64,000 bases of DNA, taken from assembly GCF_009914755.1 (NCBI RefSeq), contig NC_060932.1, one strand, 5' to 3'. The notes beneath the pieces were generated by a model. The model made no database searches, was not told the DNA's origin, and saw only the letters and a program-made list of their open reading frames with translations. Origin of the DNA: the human T2T-CHM13v2.0 reference genome, Homo sapiens. This document shows, in pieces, positions 1 to 12,549 of the stretch. The first letter of the stretch is position 1. The number at the start of each line of letters is the position of its first letter. Both the position numbers and the translations under genes were made by a program.

Positions 1-214
1 AGGTTGGTATCCACACATGCGTGCATGTGATCACATGTGTGCATGTGCCAGTACATTTATGACATGAGTGTATTCATTTATCCAGGAATAAAACTAAAAT
101 TTAAATTCCAAAATCACCTGTGAACCCATCAATGTGATGACTACTTGCTGCCCAAATGCTTCACATTTTGAAGTCTCAGGCAACCTCATGCTAAATAAGG
201 TTTGGGCTGTGTTT

Positions 215-345
215 ATCTTTTCATCCCCAGCACCTAACACTGGGGCTGAGTACAGAGGGGGCCCAATTTTTAAATGAATGAATTAAATTATTCATTTAAT
301 AAATGTTGATTGAGCACCTACCTATTGTCTGCTAGGCAGAGTTCT
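215..345. mobile_element. Two L2 3'-end fragments in tail-to-tail (inverted) orientation
   Basis: cccagcacctaacact...aaatgaatgaat resembles an L2 3' end (+); ttcatttaataaatgttgattgagcacctac...ctaggca resembles an L2 3' end (-). Confidence 0.55.
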
Positions 346-387
346 AATTGGACTCCCCATTTGGATGGCAGAAGTCAGTGGTAGGTA

Positions 388-712
<325 letters not shown>

Positions 713-1841
713 TCAGTGGTGGGTAAATAAATGCACAGAATCCTGTCTCCCACGTGCGTGTGTTAAAGGACATGAAACAGGGGCATGAGACAGAATGATA
801 AGGAAGGGGTCATTGGGGAGGTGGCATCAGCACAGAGCCTTGGTGATGCTGGATACTTGGTTTTATAGAGCGGTTTTTTTCCTTGGGAAAATCACTTGCT
901 TCCTGCATAGTGTATCAAATCTGACAATAATTTGCCAGGTATAAATTAGAGAGGATACAGAGAGGCCAGAGAGGCAAGCCCTTGACAAGTATAGGAGACT
1001 TTCCCTGTGACCTGGACTGTGTAAGAGTCCCATCGCAAAAGGTATCTCTGTTCTCTCAGCTACCAGGAGGCACCATTAATACCATTTTGAAATTATGAAA
1101 TTTGATTCTTCCATATTTGTATTTATATTTAAGTCTACTTTGAGATTTGATTTATATTTATATGAATGGACGTTTTATGTATTCGCTTTATTGATTTATA
1201 TAGTTTTGTATTTATAATTATATTTATAAAGTCTCCTGCAGAAATCCAGGAATTTGTAGAGACTAAAGGAGTATGCTTGCTTTCAGTTTTCTCATACATA
1301 CATTTCTGTTTTTTCTCTTAATACAAAACAAATGCTGTAGAAAATGTGAAGTCTACTAAAAAGTTTAAATATCAAAATTAAAAATCCTCACAAATCTTAA
1401 CCTTCATGAATATTCACTGCAGACAAGCAATTTGGTTCTCTCAGACTCTTTTTTTAATTAAGAAAAAGCTATTTTGAACATTACTGAGAATATACAGTAA
1501 GTAAATATGTCATGGTTTGATCACTGAATTTAATAAATATTGGCCAACATCACTACAAACATATCCTAAATATTATTTTAAATCCCTATAGTGAATTCTA
1601 CTTTATGTAAATAGTATATTAGTAAATTATTCTCCATGCCCTGAATATTTTGATTGGTTTCTTCTTTTTTCATATTGGGAACATCCTGCAAAATTATTGC
1701 ATCATTTTACTGCTTTCTCCTGCAGCTAAGGGTCAAACCAAAAGACAGTACCCATTTTCCTAAGGCGTTTAGAGGAGTAGTTAAAGAATTGTTCCTGCAG
1801 CTTCACAGTGGACGCTCTTCGGGCTGGCTCTTCTGCCATTC

Positions 1842-1851
1842 TCTTACCTTT
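1842..1851 (-). other. Candidate 5' splice donor AAG|GTAAGA in unique sequence
   Basis: Plus strand ctcttaccttt = minus strand aaag|gtaagag; motif match only, no transcript evidence. Confidence 0.3.
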
Positions 1852-1971
1852 CCTTTCCCCTCAGCATTGCAAGAGGAATTCCGTAAATCCAGAGATCCCA
1901 TTCTCAAAAGACGGACAAGAAATGGCAGGACGCAAAAGCACCATACAGGACTCTCCTCGATTTCCCAAATG

Positions 1972-2130
1972 CCACCCCCCCACCCCCCACTCACGCCTCC
2001 CACCTCCCCCAATCCCCCCACCTTCCCCCCCACCCCCCCACATTCCCCCCACCCCCCCACCTTCCCCCCCACCCCCCCACCTTCCTCCCCACCCCCCCAC
2101 CTTCCCCCCCACCCTCCCCCACCCACCCCC
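1972..2130. repeat. C-rich minisatellite (~20-bp unit cttcccccccacccccccac); G-quadruplex-prone on the minus strand
   Basis: Many runs of 5-7 C separated by 1-4 nt. Confidence 0.9.
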
Positions 2131-2584
2131 GGCACAGCGCTAAGCAGAGACACTTCCTTTGGTCTTGTTAGAAATTGCTCTCTCCTCTGTCTATCTGGCT
2201 GTAGGGGAGGCTAGGAAAGGCTGCAGCCACCTAAATCCACTATATGGGAGAAGGGAGCCAAGGAGAAAGAGACTAGAGATGTTGTTGGGAAGACAATCAT
2301 TATTATTACTACTCACTAAAATCGTCTTTGTTCCCAAGCCTTTTTCTGTATTCATTATTTTCTAAAGAGTGATTCTCTCTAGTGGAGCTACTGATCTAAA
2401 GGCTGTAAACAGTTTTAAGTATCTTATACGTATTAACAGTTGTGTTCTAAGATGGTGTGTTTGAATTATTTTTCACTGAATTACTACCACTGAATGTTAC
2501 GATGAGATCTTTTGCATAGTCTTTGATGTATTCAAGGAAATTGAGATCTCTCAACCTGGTAGTGTTGAGCTGATGTTGGACCGT

Positions 2585-2757
2585 GGTGTATGTAAGCGTG
2601 GCTGTGGCATGAAAACACCATGTTGTGAGTGTGTGTCCATGTGTGTGTATGCACATATATGTGTCTGTGTGAGTATATGATTATCTGAGCATGTGCACAT
2701 AAGTGCATGTCCCTGTGTGCATGTGTAGGCACGTGTGTGTGTGTGTGCATGCATGTA
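2585..2757. repeat. Degenerate (TG)n/(TGCA)n low-complexity tract
   Basis: Directly visible purine-pyrimidine alternation. Confidence 0.8.
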
Positions 2758-2911
2758 GCTCTGGCTTGTCATTGGCAGAAAAAGGGAGTAGGGTATGGTT
2801 TCCCTCAATTAGGTGAAACCTCAGTTTCCAGACTTCTAAATAGACACGACGATTTCTGCACTATTATTCTGACTGGATTTCCTCTGCGGCAAGTGAGGAA
2901 TTCACTTTAAC

Positions 2912-3239
2912 TTTGTTTTTTGTTTTTCGTGGATGTTTGTTTGTTTGTTTGCTTGTTTTGAGATGGAGTCTCACTCTGTCACCAGGCTGGAGTGCAGTGG
3001 CACAATCTCGGCTCACTGCAACCTCCGCCTCCTGGGTTAAAGTGATTCTCCTGTCTCAGCCTCCCTAGTAGCTGGGATTACAGGTGCATGCCACCACATC
3101 TGGCTAATTTTTTGTATTTTTAGTAGAGACGGGGTTTCACCATGTTAGCCAGGATGGTCTCAATCTCTTGACCTTGTGATCCGCCCACCTCGGCCTCCCA
3201 AAATGCTAGAATTACAGCCATGAGCCACCACGCCCGGCC
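2912..3239 (-). mobile_element. AluSc-like with (TTTG)n tail
   Basis: ctgtcaccaggctgg and aggatggtctcaatctcttgacc diagnostics. Confidence 0.92.
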
Positions 3240-3242
3240 TAC

Positions 3243-3375
3243 ACTGTATGACTTTGGACAAGTCACTCTTCTCACTAAATTCCCATCTCCTCGTCTTTCC
3301 AAGGAGGATAACTTTTCCTGTGTCACATGGATTACTGTGAGAAACGTGAGAGATCATGTGACATGCTCCATAAAA
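3243..3375 (+). mobile_element. MIR fragment
   Basis: tgtatgactttggacaagtcact...gattactgtgaga resembles the MIR core. Confidence 0.6.
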
Positions 3376-4169
3376 GCTGAGTCCTAAAGGAGGAGTGAGC
3401 CAGATGATTCCAAGGGGCAGGAGGCCTTAGATAGAGTGTCCTGTGGCAGGTAGGAGTGGGGTAGTGCTGCTGCTGATGACGATGATGAAGGAGACGGGCT
3501 AAGGGCGTGCTGCGGTAAGGGCCCTAGGGCCACAGAAGCCTCAAGCCTGTCAAGGGCCCATCAGGGAGTCACTGGTTACCTCTGCTGGTTATGAGTGGTG
3601 GCTTATCTTCTGATTCTTGGCCCGCCCTCACGGGTCAGGGACCCTTCCTTCCCTGGCACAGAGTTGCAGGCAGCCTCCTGTGCATACCTTCCCAGGCTAA
3701 GAGAAGGGGGCTATATCTTTGTCTCTAGATCTTTGATCCCTGTGCCCTGAAAGAGTAGGATTGAGACAGAGGGAGACGTTCATTGAAGCAAGACCCGAAG
3801 AAGATGCAGCTAGGTCTGTGAACGTATCAGATGGCTTGTAATATCTGGACCCTTTGATTGAGAAATAAGCTTTCCCAGTATCCTTGAAAGACTCTGCAAC
3901 AAAAAGTAAAGGGTGACTATGGTGGATCCCAGTGTCTCTGGAGGTAATGTGAGAGGATGGGGAGATGGGCCCACAGTCTGGAATCCAGACTCCAGGTTTC
4001 CTCTTCTTGCTGCTCAGATGGGGTGAGACTCCTGGCCTCCCTGAGCCTCCCTTTGCTGTTTGATGGTGGCCTCACAGATCCCCAAGGGTCTGTAGGCAAA
4101 CCCAGCCCTGCAGACTCCCATCCTCCAAAGGTGGAGAGTTACTTCCCATGGGAGAAATCACCTCAAGCC

Positions 4170-4320
4170 TCCTCTACTCGGTGCAGTGACGCACAGTGCA
4201 AAGCGTGACGAACGCCCGGCCATGGCCTCGCCTGCCCGGCCTCCCTTCCCCGCTTACTGACTTTCCCCTCAATTCTAATTGGACCAGTCATTTAATTTCA
4301 CTTCGGCTTAATGGCTTTCC
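4170..4320. promoter_or_regulatory. Small CpG-retaining non-repeat segment (possible enhancer/promoter)
   Basis: About 10 CpGs in 130 bp, two TGACG half-CRE sites, three TAAT cores; function is inferred only. Confidence 0.3.
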
Positions 4321-4596
4321 ACTGTGGCAGCTGGGACAGAAGGTCAAACTAAAGGACTTCAGTCCTGATCAAGAACAGCTTCTGACCAGAAAGGCAGTGG
4401 TGAGCATAGCTCAGGTCTCCACGGAAAGTGCGAAATGGATTAGGCAGGTGGACTCTGGAAGAGTGTTACAGTCCTCCTTCCATCTTGTGTAGATACGGGG
4501 TACTGCTCAGGCAGCCTCCACAGAACAGAAAGATTCAGGGCTTTTTGGCATCTAAATAGGGCTGATATTTCATATGTTGTCATGTGTAATTTGTAC

Positions 4597-4908
<312 letters not shown>

Positions 4909-4934
4909 GAATAATTTTAATAAATATCTAGATT

Positions 4935-4979
4935 AGCCGGGCGTGGTGGCTCCCACCTGTAATCCCAGCACTTTGAGAG

Positions 4980-4982
<3 letters not shown>
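4935..4982 (+). mobile_element. Alu left-monomer 5' fragment (truncated)
   Basis: gccgggcgtggtggctcccacctgtaatcccagcactttgagaggct, then an abrupt switch to MST sequence. Confidence 0.85.
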
Positions 4983-5403
<421 letters not shown>

Positions 5404-5527
5404 GCATCTATACACAAAAGTGCAATATATCACATTAGCGCCTCACATTTCTCTTAGTACCCACTCCCAGCCCCTTAAGATACAATCAAAAGAACAATGG
5501 ATATGGAATCAAAATAAACAAGTTACT

Positions 5528-5827
5528 GGCTGGGCACGGTGGCTCACGCCTGTAATCCCAGCACTTTGGGAGGCCGAGGCGGGTGGATCACGAGGTCAGG
5601 AGTTCGAGACCAGCCTGACCAACGTGGTGAAACCCCGTCTCTACTAAAAGTACAAAAATTAACCTGGCGTGGTGGCACAGGCCTGTAATCCCAGCTACTC
5701 AGGAGGCTGAGGCAGGAGAACTGCTTGAACTCAGGAGGCAGAGCTTGCAGTGAGCCAAAATTATGCCACTGTACTCCAGCCTGGGCGATAGAGCAAGACT
5801 CCGTCTCAAAAAAAAAAAAAAAAAAAC
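5528..5827 (+). mobile_element. AluSg-like
   Basis: ggatcacgaggtcaggagttcgagaccagcc; TSD aacaagttact. Confidence 0.95.
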
Positions 5828-5844
5828 AACAAGTTACTAACCTG

Positions 5845-5970
5845 GTTTTCTTTTACCTGCTTGACCTTCATTCAAGTTCATTAAACTCTCTTAGCTTCAG
5901 CTTCCTCCCCTGTAACCATGGTATAGTAATCCTTTCTTGGTAGGAGTTTCGTGAGGATTAGAGAGGATGG
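5845..5970 (+). mobile_element. MIR fragment
   Basis: aagttcattaaactctcttagcttcagcttcctcccctgtaa...gtgaggattaga. Confidence 0.6.
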
Positions 5971-6029
5971 AAGTGGAGGTCCTGGAGCAATCCTTAACAC
6001 AGAACAGGAGTTACATTCTTCTAAGATTT

Positions 6030-6430
6030 GGTATTTATTGAGTCCCCACTGTGAGCCTGCCAGGCCAGATCTGGGCCCTAGATACAGAGATTAAAAAAAA
6101 AAAAAAAAAAAAAAGCGTGCCTAGCCTATGAGGAGCTCTTTTTCTATGGCGGAAACAGATGTGATAAAGGGCTGTGCAATACAGTATGATGTGTGCTGGG
6201 GCTGGGTAAGGGACAGGGGCTGTGGGATTCCAGAGGAGGGACTGACAACTGGGCTATCAGGGAAGGCTTCACAGAAGAGGTGGAAAATGGCATTCATGAT
6301 GAAGAATGGGTGGAATTGGTTCAAAGAGTGGAGTGGCAGGAGTGTGACTCAGGTAGGTGTGCATGCTAGGAGCCTCCTGCGCTAGGAGGGCATGAGTTTG
6401 GGGAGTGGCCAGGAATTTGGGTATGGTGGG
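6030..6430 (-). mobile_element. L2 fragment with an internal A22 tract
   Basis: tatttattgagtccccact...cagggaaggcttcacagaagagg resembles antisense L2. Confidence 0.6.
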
Positions 6431-6469
6431 GATACTTGTTGAACTAAATATTTTGAGGCATTGTCTTAT

Positions 6470-6640
6470 GGGCTAGAAATAGGATTCCAGTTTCCAGGCC
6501 AGGATTTTCTACCAAATTTCTGTATTTCTTTGAAAAAAAAAAAATAAAAGAATCAGAAACCTTTCTAGGTTCTGGTCTTCCTCCTCTTTAAAATGAAGAG
6601 ATTGAATAAAACTAGCTTCAAGACCTTATTTAGTTCTATG
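6470..6640 (+). mobile_element. MIR3-like fragment
   Basis: cttcctcctctttaaaatgaagagattgaataaaactagcttcaagacctt. Confidence 0.45.
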
Positions 6641-6939
6641 AGGCCATACAGATAGAAATTTGATAATGTCACATGAGGAGGCAATGACCTGGGATCTGGA
6701 TTCCTGACAATGCCCTTTAAATGTCATCTCATCAAGATTTTCTTAGTCATTATTATAATGGTTTGCTCCCCTTCTTGCTCAATAAAAAAATGGACATTCA
6801 ATCTAACTTCAAATCTCAAAGATAACTAATTTGTTAAACCAGTTTGGTAGGATGAGTCAGCAGCATACACAAATCTGAAGCGCTGACATGCTTGATGGCT
6901 TCATGTGGCACTAAACTCCTAACGATGAAGCTTCTGCAT

Positions 6940-7230
6940 GTACTGAACACCTACTGTGTGCCAGGCACTGGGGGCACATAGACAAAGAGACATAGCCCCT
7001 TTCTTTAAATAGCACACCTTTGGGAAGAAACATTGAAGTAAGCAGATTATTAAGATATAGAAGAGACTGGTTAAAAGAAGTATCTGATGATATGAAAAAT
7101 GCTGTGGAGACCCTCTACCCAGGCTGGGAGTACATAAGAAACTTCATTGAGAACCAAACTAAACCTTTAAGTGATAAGGCTAGGGTGTATCATTGGAGAG
7201 AAGGATGCACCAGACAGAAAAAAACAGTAG
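6940..7230 (-). mobile_element. L2 fragment
   Basis: tactgaacacctactgtgtgccaggcactg. Confidence 0.6.
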
Positions 7231-7880
7231 TGCAAGGGGCTGCGGCAATCCATCATGACAGTAACAACTCATGCTAATATGGTGCTTTGTCTGCTGCATA
7301 GTGGCAGGACAGGAGAGCAGGGTGAAACCCCTTTGTGTTATTCCAAGTCTTTGTAGCGTGTACTACAGATACCTTCTTAAGGTTGACGGTGGGGACTTGC
7401 AAAGACAGAAGGCAGGGTGAGACAGTGGAAAGAAACCCCTTGGAAGTAGTCCAAGGTGTTGCTGAGTGTACTAAATACATTGCTTCTGAAGCCTCAGACC
7501 AAGGTAGCAAGTCAGAGAGAGGCATCTCCAAAGGTATAGAAATCCAAGGACAAGAGAAACACCAGAAAGAAAATAAGTCCCAGAGATTATAAAATTTGAA
7601 ATCTGAGGAAAGAGAGAGAAAACAGATAGACAGACAGATACACATACCACAGTCAAAATTTGGCAGCTAGGCTGTAAGGCATAAAGAAATTTCTAGAGAT
7701 TTTTTTTCAATGTCCAGATCCCAAGGAAACGTTTCCTTACTTCTTTTGAAATAATTGAAGTCAATTGTGCACTAAATCTAAATAAAAGTGTAAAAAATGC
7801 CATTTAACATACAGATTAGGTAGACTCAGCACCCCCTCCTCCCACACTGGCAGTGAGTCATGAAGAGTATGCCATTATCG

Positions 7881-8168
7881 GGCCGGGCGCGGTGGCTCAC
7901 ACCTGTAACCCCAGCACTTTGGGAGGCCAAGGTGGGTGGATCACGAGGTCAGGAGTTCAAGACCAGCCTGGCCAACATGGTGAAACCCCGTCTCTACTAA
8001 AAATACAAAAATTAGCCAGGCATGGTGGCGGGTGCCTCTAATCCCAGTTACTCGGGAGGCTGAGGCAGAGAATTGCTTGAACCCAGGAGGCAGAGGTTGC
8101 AGTGAGCCAAGATCGTGCCACTGCACTCCAGCCTGGGCAACAGAGCATGACTCCATCTCCAAAAAAAA
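7881..8168 (+). mobile_element. AluSg-like
   Basis: Full Alu; TSD aagagtatg(c/t)cattatc. Confidence 0.95.
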
Positions 8169-8224
8169 AGAGTATGTCATTATCTGAAGGTAAACATTAT
8201 TTAAATCCATCTCTGCTATTCATT

Positions 8225-8870
8225 TTCAGACAATGTTTAACATTCTGTCAAAAATTGTAAAACATAAAAAGAAGCAAGAAAATTGACCCATAGTCAAGAG
8301 AGAAAACAATTGATATTTTGATAGAGATTGCACTGAAAAGAATGAAGTAGAAACACCAGAAATAAAAAATCTATTTGAAAGGCTTACTGGCAGCATAGCA
8401 GGGGAAAGGAAAAGTACAGTTGAATACAGGTGAATTGCAAGTATCAAACTGAAATATATAGAGGAAAAAGGGGATTATATAGAAAGAAACAGAGAACCTG
8501 ATAGAGAACAATATCAAGTAGTCAAAAGTGTATAGTTGTATTCAAAGGGGAGGTAAAGGAGAGGAGACAGAGAATGAAGCTAAAGAAATATTTAAAGAGA
8601 TAGTGGCTGAGGCATTTTAGAATCGCCGAAAGTTATCAACCCACAAAACCAAGATAATTTCAAATGAAATTACTACAAACAGAAACACATCTAGGCACAT
8701 CACAGTCAAAACACTGAAAACAAAACAGAAAGACAAAATCTTAAAATAAGCCCAAGGAAAGATACATCACATATAAGGGAACAATGATACAAAAAAAAGA
8801 AAAAAGACAGATTTCTCATTAGAAACAACAAAAAACAAAAGACAATAGGATAATATATTTAAAATAAAAT
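8225..8870 (+). mobile_element. Old L1M ORF1 fragment (host element, rearranged)
   Basis: gaagcaagaaaattgacccatagtcaagag and acacatctaggcacatcacagtcaaa resemble L1M ORF1; the host resumes at about 11186. Confidence 0.75.
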
Positions 8871-10320
8871 TGTTCCTGTCTGCAGGAACACACAGGATGA
8901 TATGTGTGAACAGTTGAAAAATTTGTCATAATTTTCACCTTTGATATAGTTTTTATATATGTATAAAAAAATTTTTTTACAATCACTGTCTTACAGTCTT
9001 ACAGTCTCAAAACCCAACAACTGGGCAAACTCTGATCCATTTCTATCAATTGTTTCTTTCATATTTTTCATTTCTAGTGTTTCTACTTCATTTCAATGCA
9101 ATTTCTATCAAAATATCAATTACATGGTAGTAACAAAAACAGAAAAAACAATCCTAAAATTTATATGAAATGAAAAAGGAGTCCAAATAGCCAAAGAAAT
9201 CTTGAGCAAAAAGAAAAAAGCTGGAGGAACCACACTATCTGACTCCAAAATAGACTACATATTTATAATAACCAAAACATCATGTTACTGGCATAAAAAC
9301 AGACACATACACCAACAGAACAGGATACAGAGCCCAGAAGTAAATCTACACACCTACAGCCAACTGATTTTCAACAAAGGTGCCAAGAATACACATTGGA
9401 AAAAAGACATTCTCTTCAATAAACGGTGCTGAGAAAATTGGATAACCACACAGAAATGAAACTAGACTCCTGCCTCTCGCCATATACAAAAATCAACTCA
9501 AAATTGGTTAAAGACCTAGCTGTGAAACCTGAAACTATAAAACTATTAGAAAAACCTGCTAGAAGTGTGAAACTACTAGAGGAAAACGTAAAGAAAATGT
9601 TTCACAACATTGGACTGGGCAAGGACTTTTGGATATTACCTCAAAAGCACAGGCGACAAAAGCAAAAATATAGACAAATGGGATTACATCAAACTATAAA
9701 GGATCCTCACATCAAAGAGAATAATCAGCAGTGTAAAGAGGCAGTTTACAGAATGGGAGATGACAGCTGCAAACTATACATTTGGCAAGGAGTTAATATA
9801 CAGAATACATAAGGAACTTAGACAACTCAACGGCATGAATAAATAAATAAAATATCCCAATTAAAACATGAGCAAAGGACCTTAATAGGCATTTCTCAAA
9901 AGACGACATACAAATTCTAGCAGGTGTATGAAAAATTCCTCAGCATCTCTAAATGTCAGAAAAACGCAAATCGAAGTCATAATGAGATACCACCTCACTC
10001 AAGTAAGAAGGGCTAACATCAAAAATACAAAAGATAAGAAGTGTTGGTGAAAATATGGAGATGAGGGAACCCTTACACACTTTTGCTGGGTTTGTAAATT
10101 AGTATGGCCATTATGAAAAACAGTATAGAGGTTTCCAAAAAATTAAAAAGAACTGCTATATGATCCAGCAATCTCACCACTGGGTGTATATCAAAAGGAA
10201 ATGAAATTAGTACATTGAAGACATACAGCACTCCAGTGTTTGTTGCAATACTCTTTCACAATAGCCAAGATCTAGAATCAACCTAAGTGCCCAATGACCA
10301 ATGAGTGGATGAAGAATATG

Positions 10321-10321
<1 letters not shown>

Positions 10322-10367
<46 letters not shown>
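10322..10367. repeat. (CA)23 microsatellite
   Basis: Perfect CA run inside the L1. Confidence 0.95.
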
Positions 10368-10372
<5 letters not shown>

Positions 10373-10511
10373 GAACAGTACTCAGCCATAAAAAATGAAA
10401 TTCTGTCATTTGCAACAACATGGGTGAAACTGGAGGACATGATGTTAAGCAAAATAATCCAGACACAGAAAGAAAAAAAACCCACGATCTCACTCAAAAG
10501 TGCAATCTTAA

Positions 10512-10861
<350 letters not shown>

Positions 10862-11185
10862 TTACCAGAACCAGAGGAAAGGAGGAGGAAAGGAGGATGG
10901 TGAGAGGTTGATCCACAGGTACAAAATTACACTTAGATAGAAGGAATATGTTCTGGTGTCCTATTAATGCAGAGTAGGGAAATTATTGTTAACAATAATG
11001 CATTGTATATTTCAAAATAGCTAGAAGAGCTGTTTCTGAGTGTTCTCACCACAAAGAAATTATAACTGTATGAGGTGATGAATAGGCTAATAATTACCCT
11101 GATTTGATCATTTTGCAACATATACACATATAACATTGTACCCCATAAATATTTACAATTACCATGTGTCAATTAAAAATAAATG

Positions 11186-11780
11186 AAAATTTCAAAGACA
11201 AAAATAACTGCAAATTAAGAAGACTAAATCCATCAAAATATTATTTATAAATTGAGGCAAAACAAAGATATTTTCAGATAGGTAAAGCCTGAAAGAATTC
11301 ACATCCAGCATATTTGCACTATAAGGAAGCTAAAAAGACGTTCTTAAGCTTGATGGAAAAAGATGCCAGAAGAAAGCCCAGATCTATAAGGAGAAATAAG
11401 GAAAATGAGAAAAGAAAAATATGTGAATAATTATAGGGTACCTTTTTATTTATTTATATAGGTATCTGTTTTGACAAGTGTGTACACACACACACACGCG
11501 CGGAGGCAATTGGCTGTTAAAAGCAAAAGTAAGCATGGATTTTAAGTATTCAGAATTTTAAAACAATATCAGAAGAGCACAAAGGATAAAAGGTATTATG
11601 AATGGAATTATAGGTCCTATCCAAAAGACCTCTTATATGCTTCTTACATTATTCTAAAAGTAGTATGTTATTTGAAATCAGACTTATGTTTTAAAGATGT
11701 ATATTTTATCTGTAGTGCAACTACTAAAAAATAACACAAAGAACTGGGGTTTAGAAGTCAATACAAAGTAAGCTTATTTT
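11186..11780 (+). mobile_element. Old L1M ORF1 3' part and inter-ORF region (continuation of the host)
   Basis: aacaaagatattttcagata...gaattcacatccagca...gcactataagga. Confidence 0.65.
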
Positions 11781-11984
11781 TGTTAAATTTTAAAAATTTG
11801 ATCTCTTCCAATCAAAAGTTCATTCTACAAACTTTATTATTTAAAATAAAAGGAAAACAAAACTTTTTTTTCTGGAACATTTTTATCCATTTTTCAAATG
11901 TTCTTGCTGTGCCTTGATGTCTTGATGTAACAGCCTTCCCCAGCCCCCATTTAAAAAAATATTTTTAATTATTTTCATACTGCC

Positions 11985-12225
11985 TTTTTAAAGATATACT
12001 TTATTTACATGCAATAAAATTATGCTTTGGGGTGTTAGGCTCATTTAGACAAATGCACATAGTCATGTTTCCGCCACCACAATCAAGATACAGAACATTA
12101 CCATCGCCCTCTAAAATTCCCTCATGCTATTTCTTTATTGTCATTCCCTCTCCTCCACTCCACCCTTAGTCTCTGGCAGCCACCGATGTGTTTTCTGTTC
12201 CTATGACTTTGTATTTTCCTGAAAC
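11985..12225 (-). mobile_element. L1M (MB/MC/ME-type) 3'UTR fragment
   Basis: ccaccacaatcaagatacagaacatt...ctctggcagccaccgatgtgttttctg. Confidence 0.7.
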
Positions 12226-12549
12226 TGATTTTAAATATTTATGGGAGGCAGTAATGGAAAAGTTGACTTCATAACTTTATATCTTATACTTTTGTATAAT
12301 GTGTCATTATCCATACTTGAGAAAGTGTATTCCATGATATATAGACATAAATAAATGTGCTTTACAATGTATATGTAAAACTTTTCTGTATATAAGAACT
12401 TCCTAGCATAAATTTGTAAAATAAAGCAAACTTGAAAAAGTCAATATAGGAAATACAATAGATTTGCATTAAAGAATTCTGGAAAAGTTTTTTTAAAGGA
12501 TCAAAAACTTGTGGGATAAAGGGAAGATAAATTTCAAGATACTAAACTT

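Noticed and set aside
1654-2214. Pro-rich / Gly-rich ORFs (186, 116, 111 and 83 aa)
   Set aside because: They are produced by the stop-free C-rich minisatellite on both strands and show no recognisable domain.
9202-9812. L1 ORF2-like ORFs as a functional gene or active L1
   Set aside because: The element is 5'-truncated, frameshifted and old, and is interrupted by an Alu.
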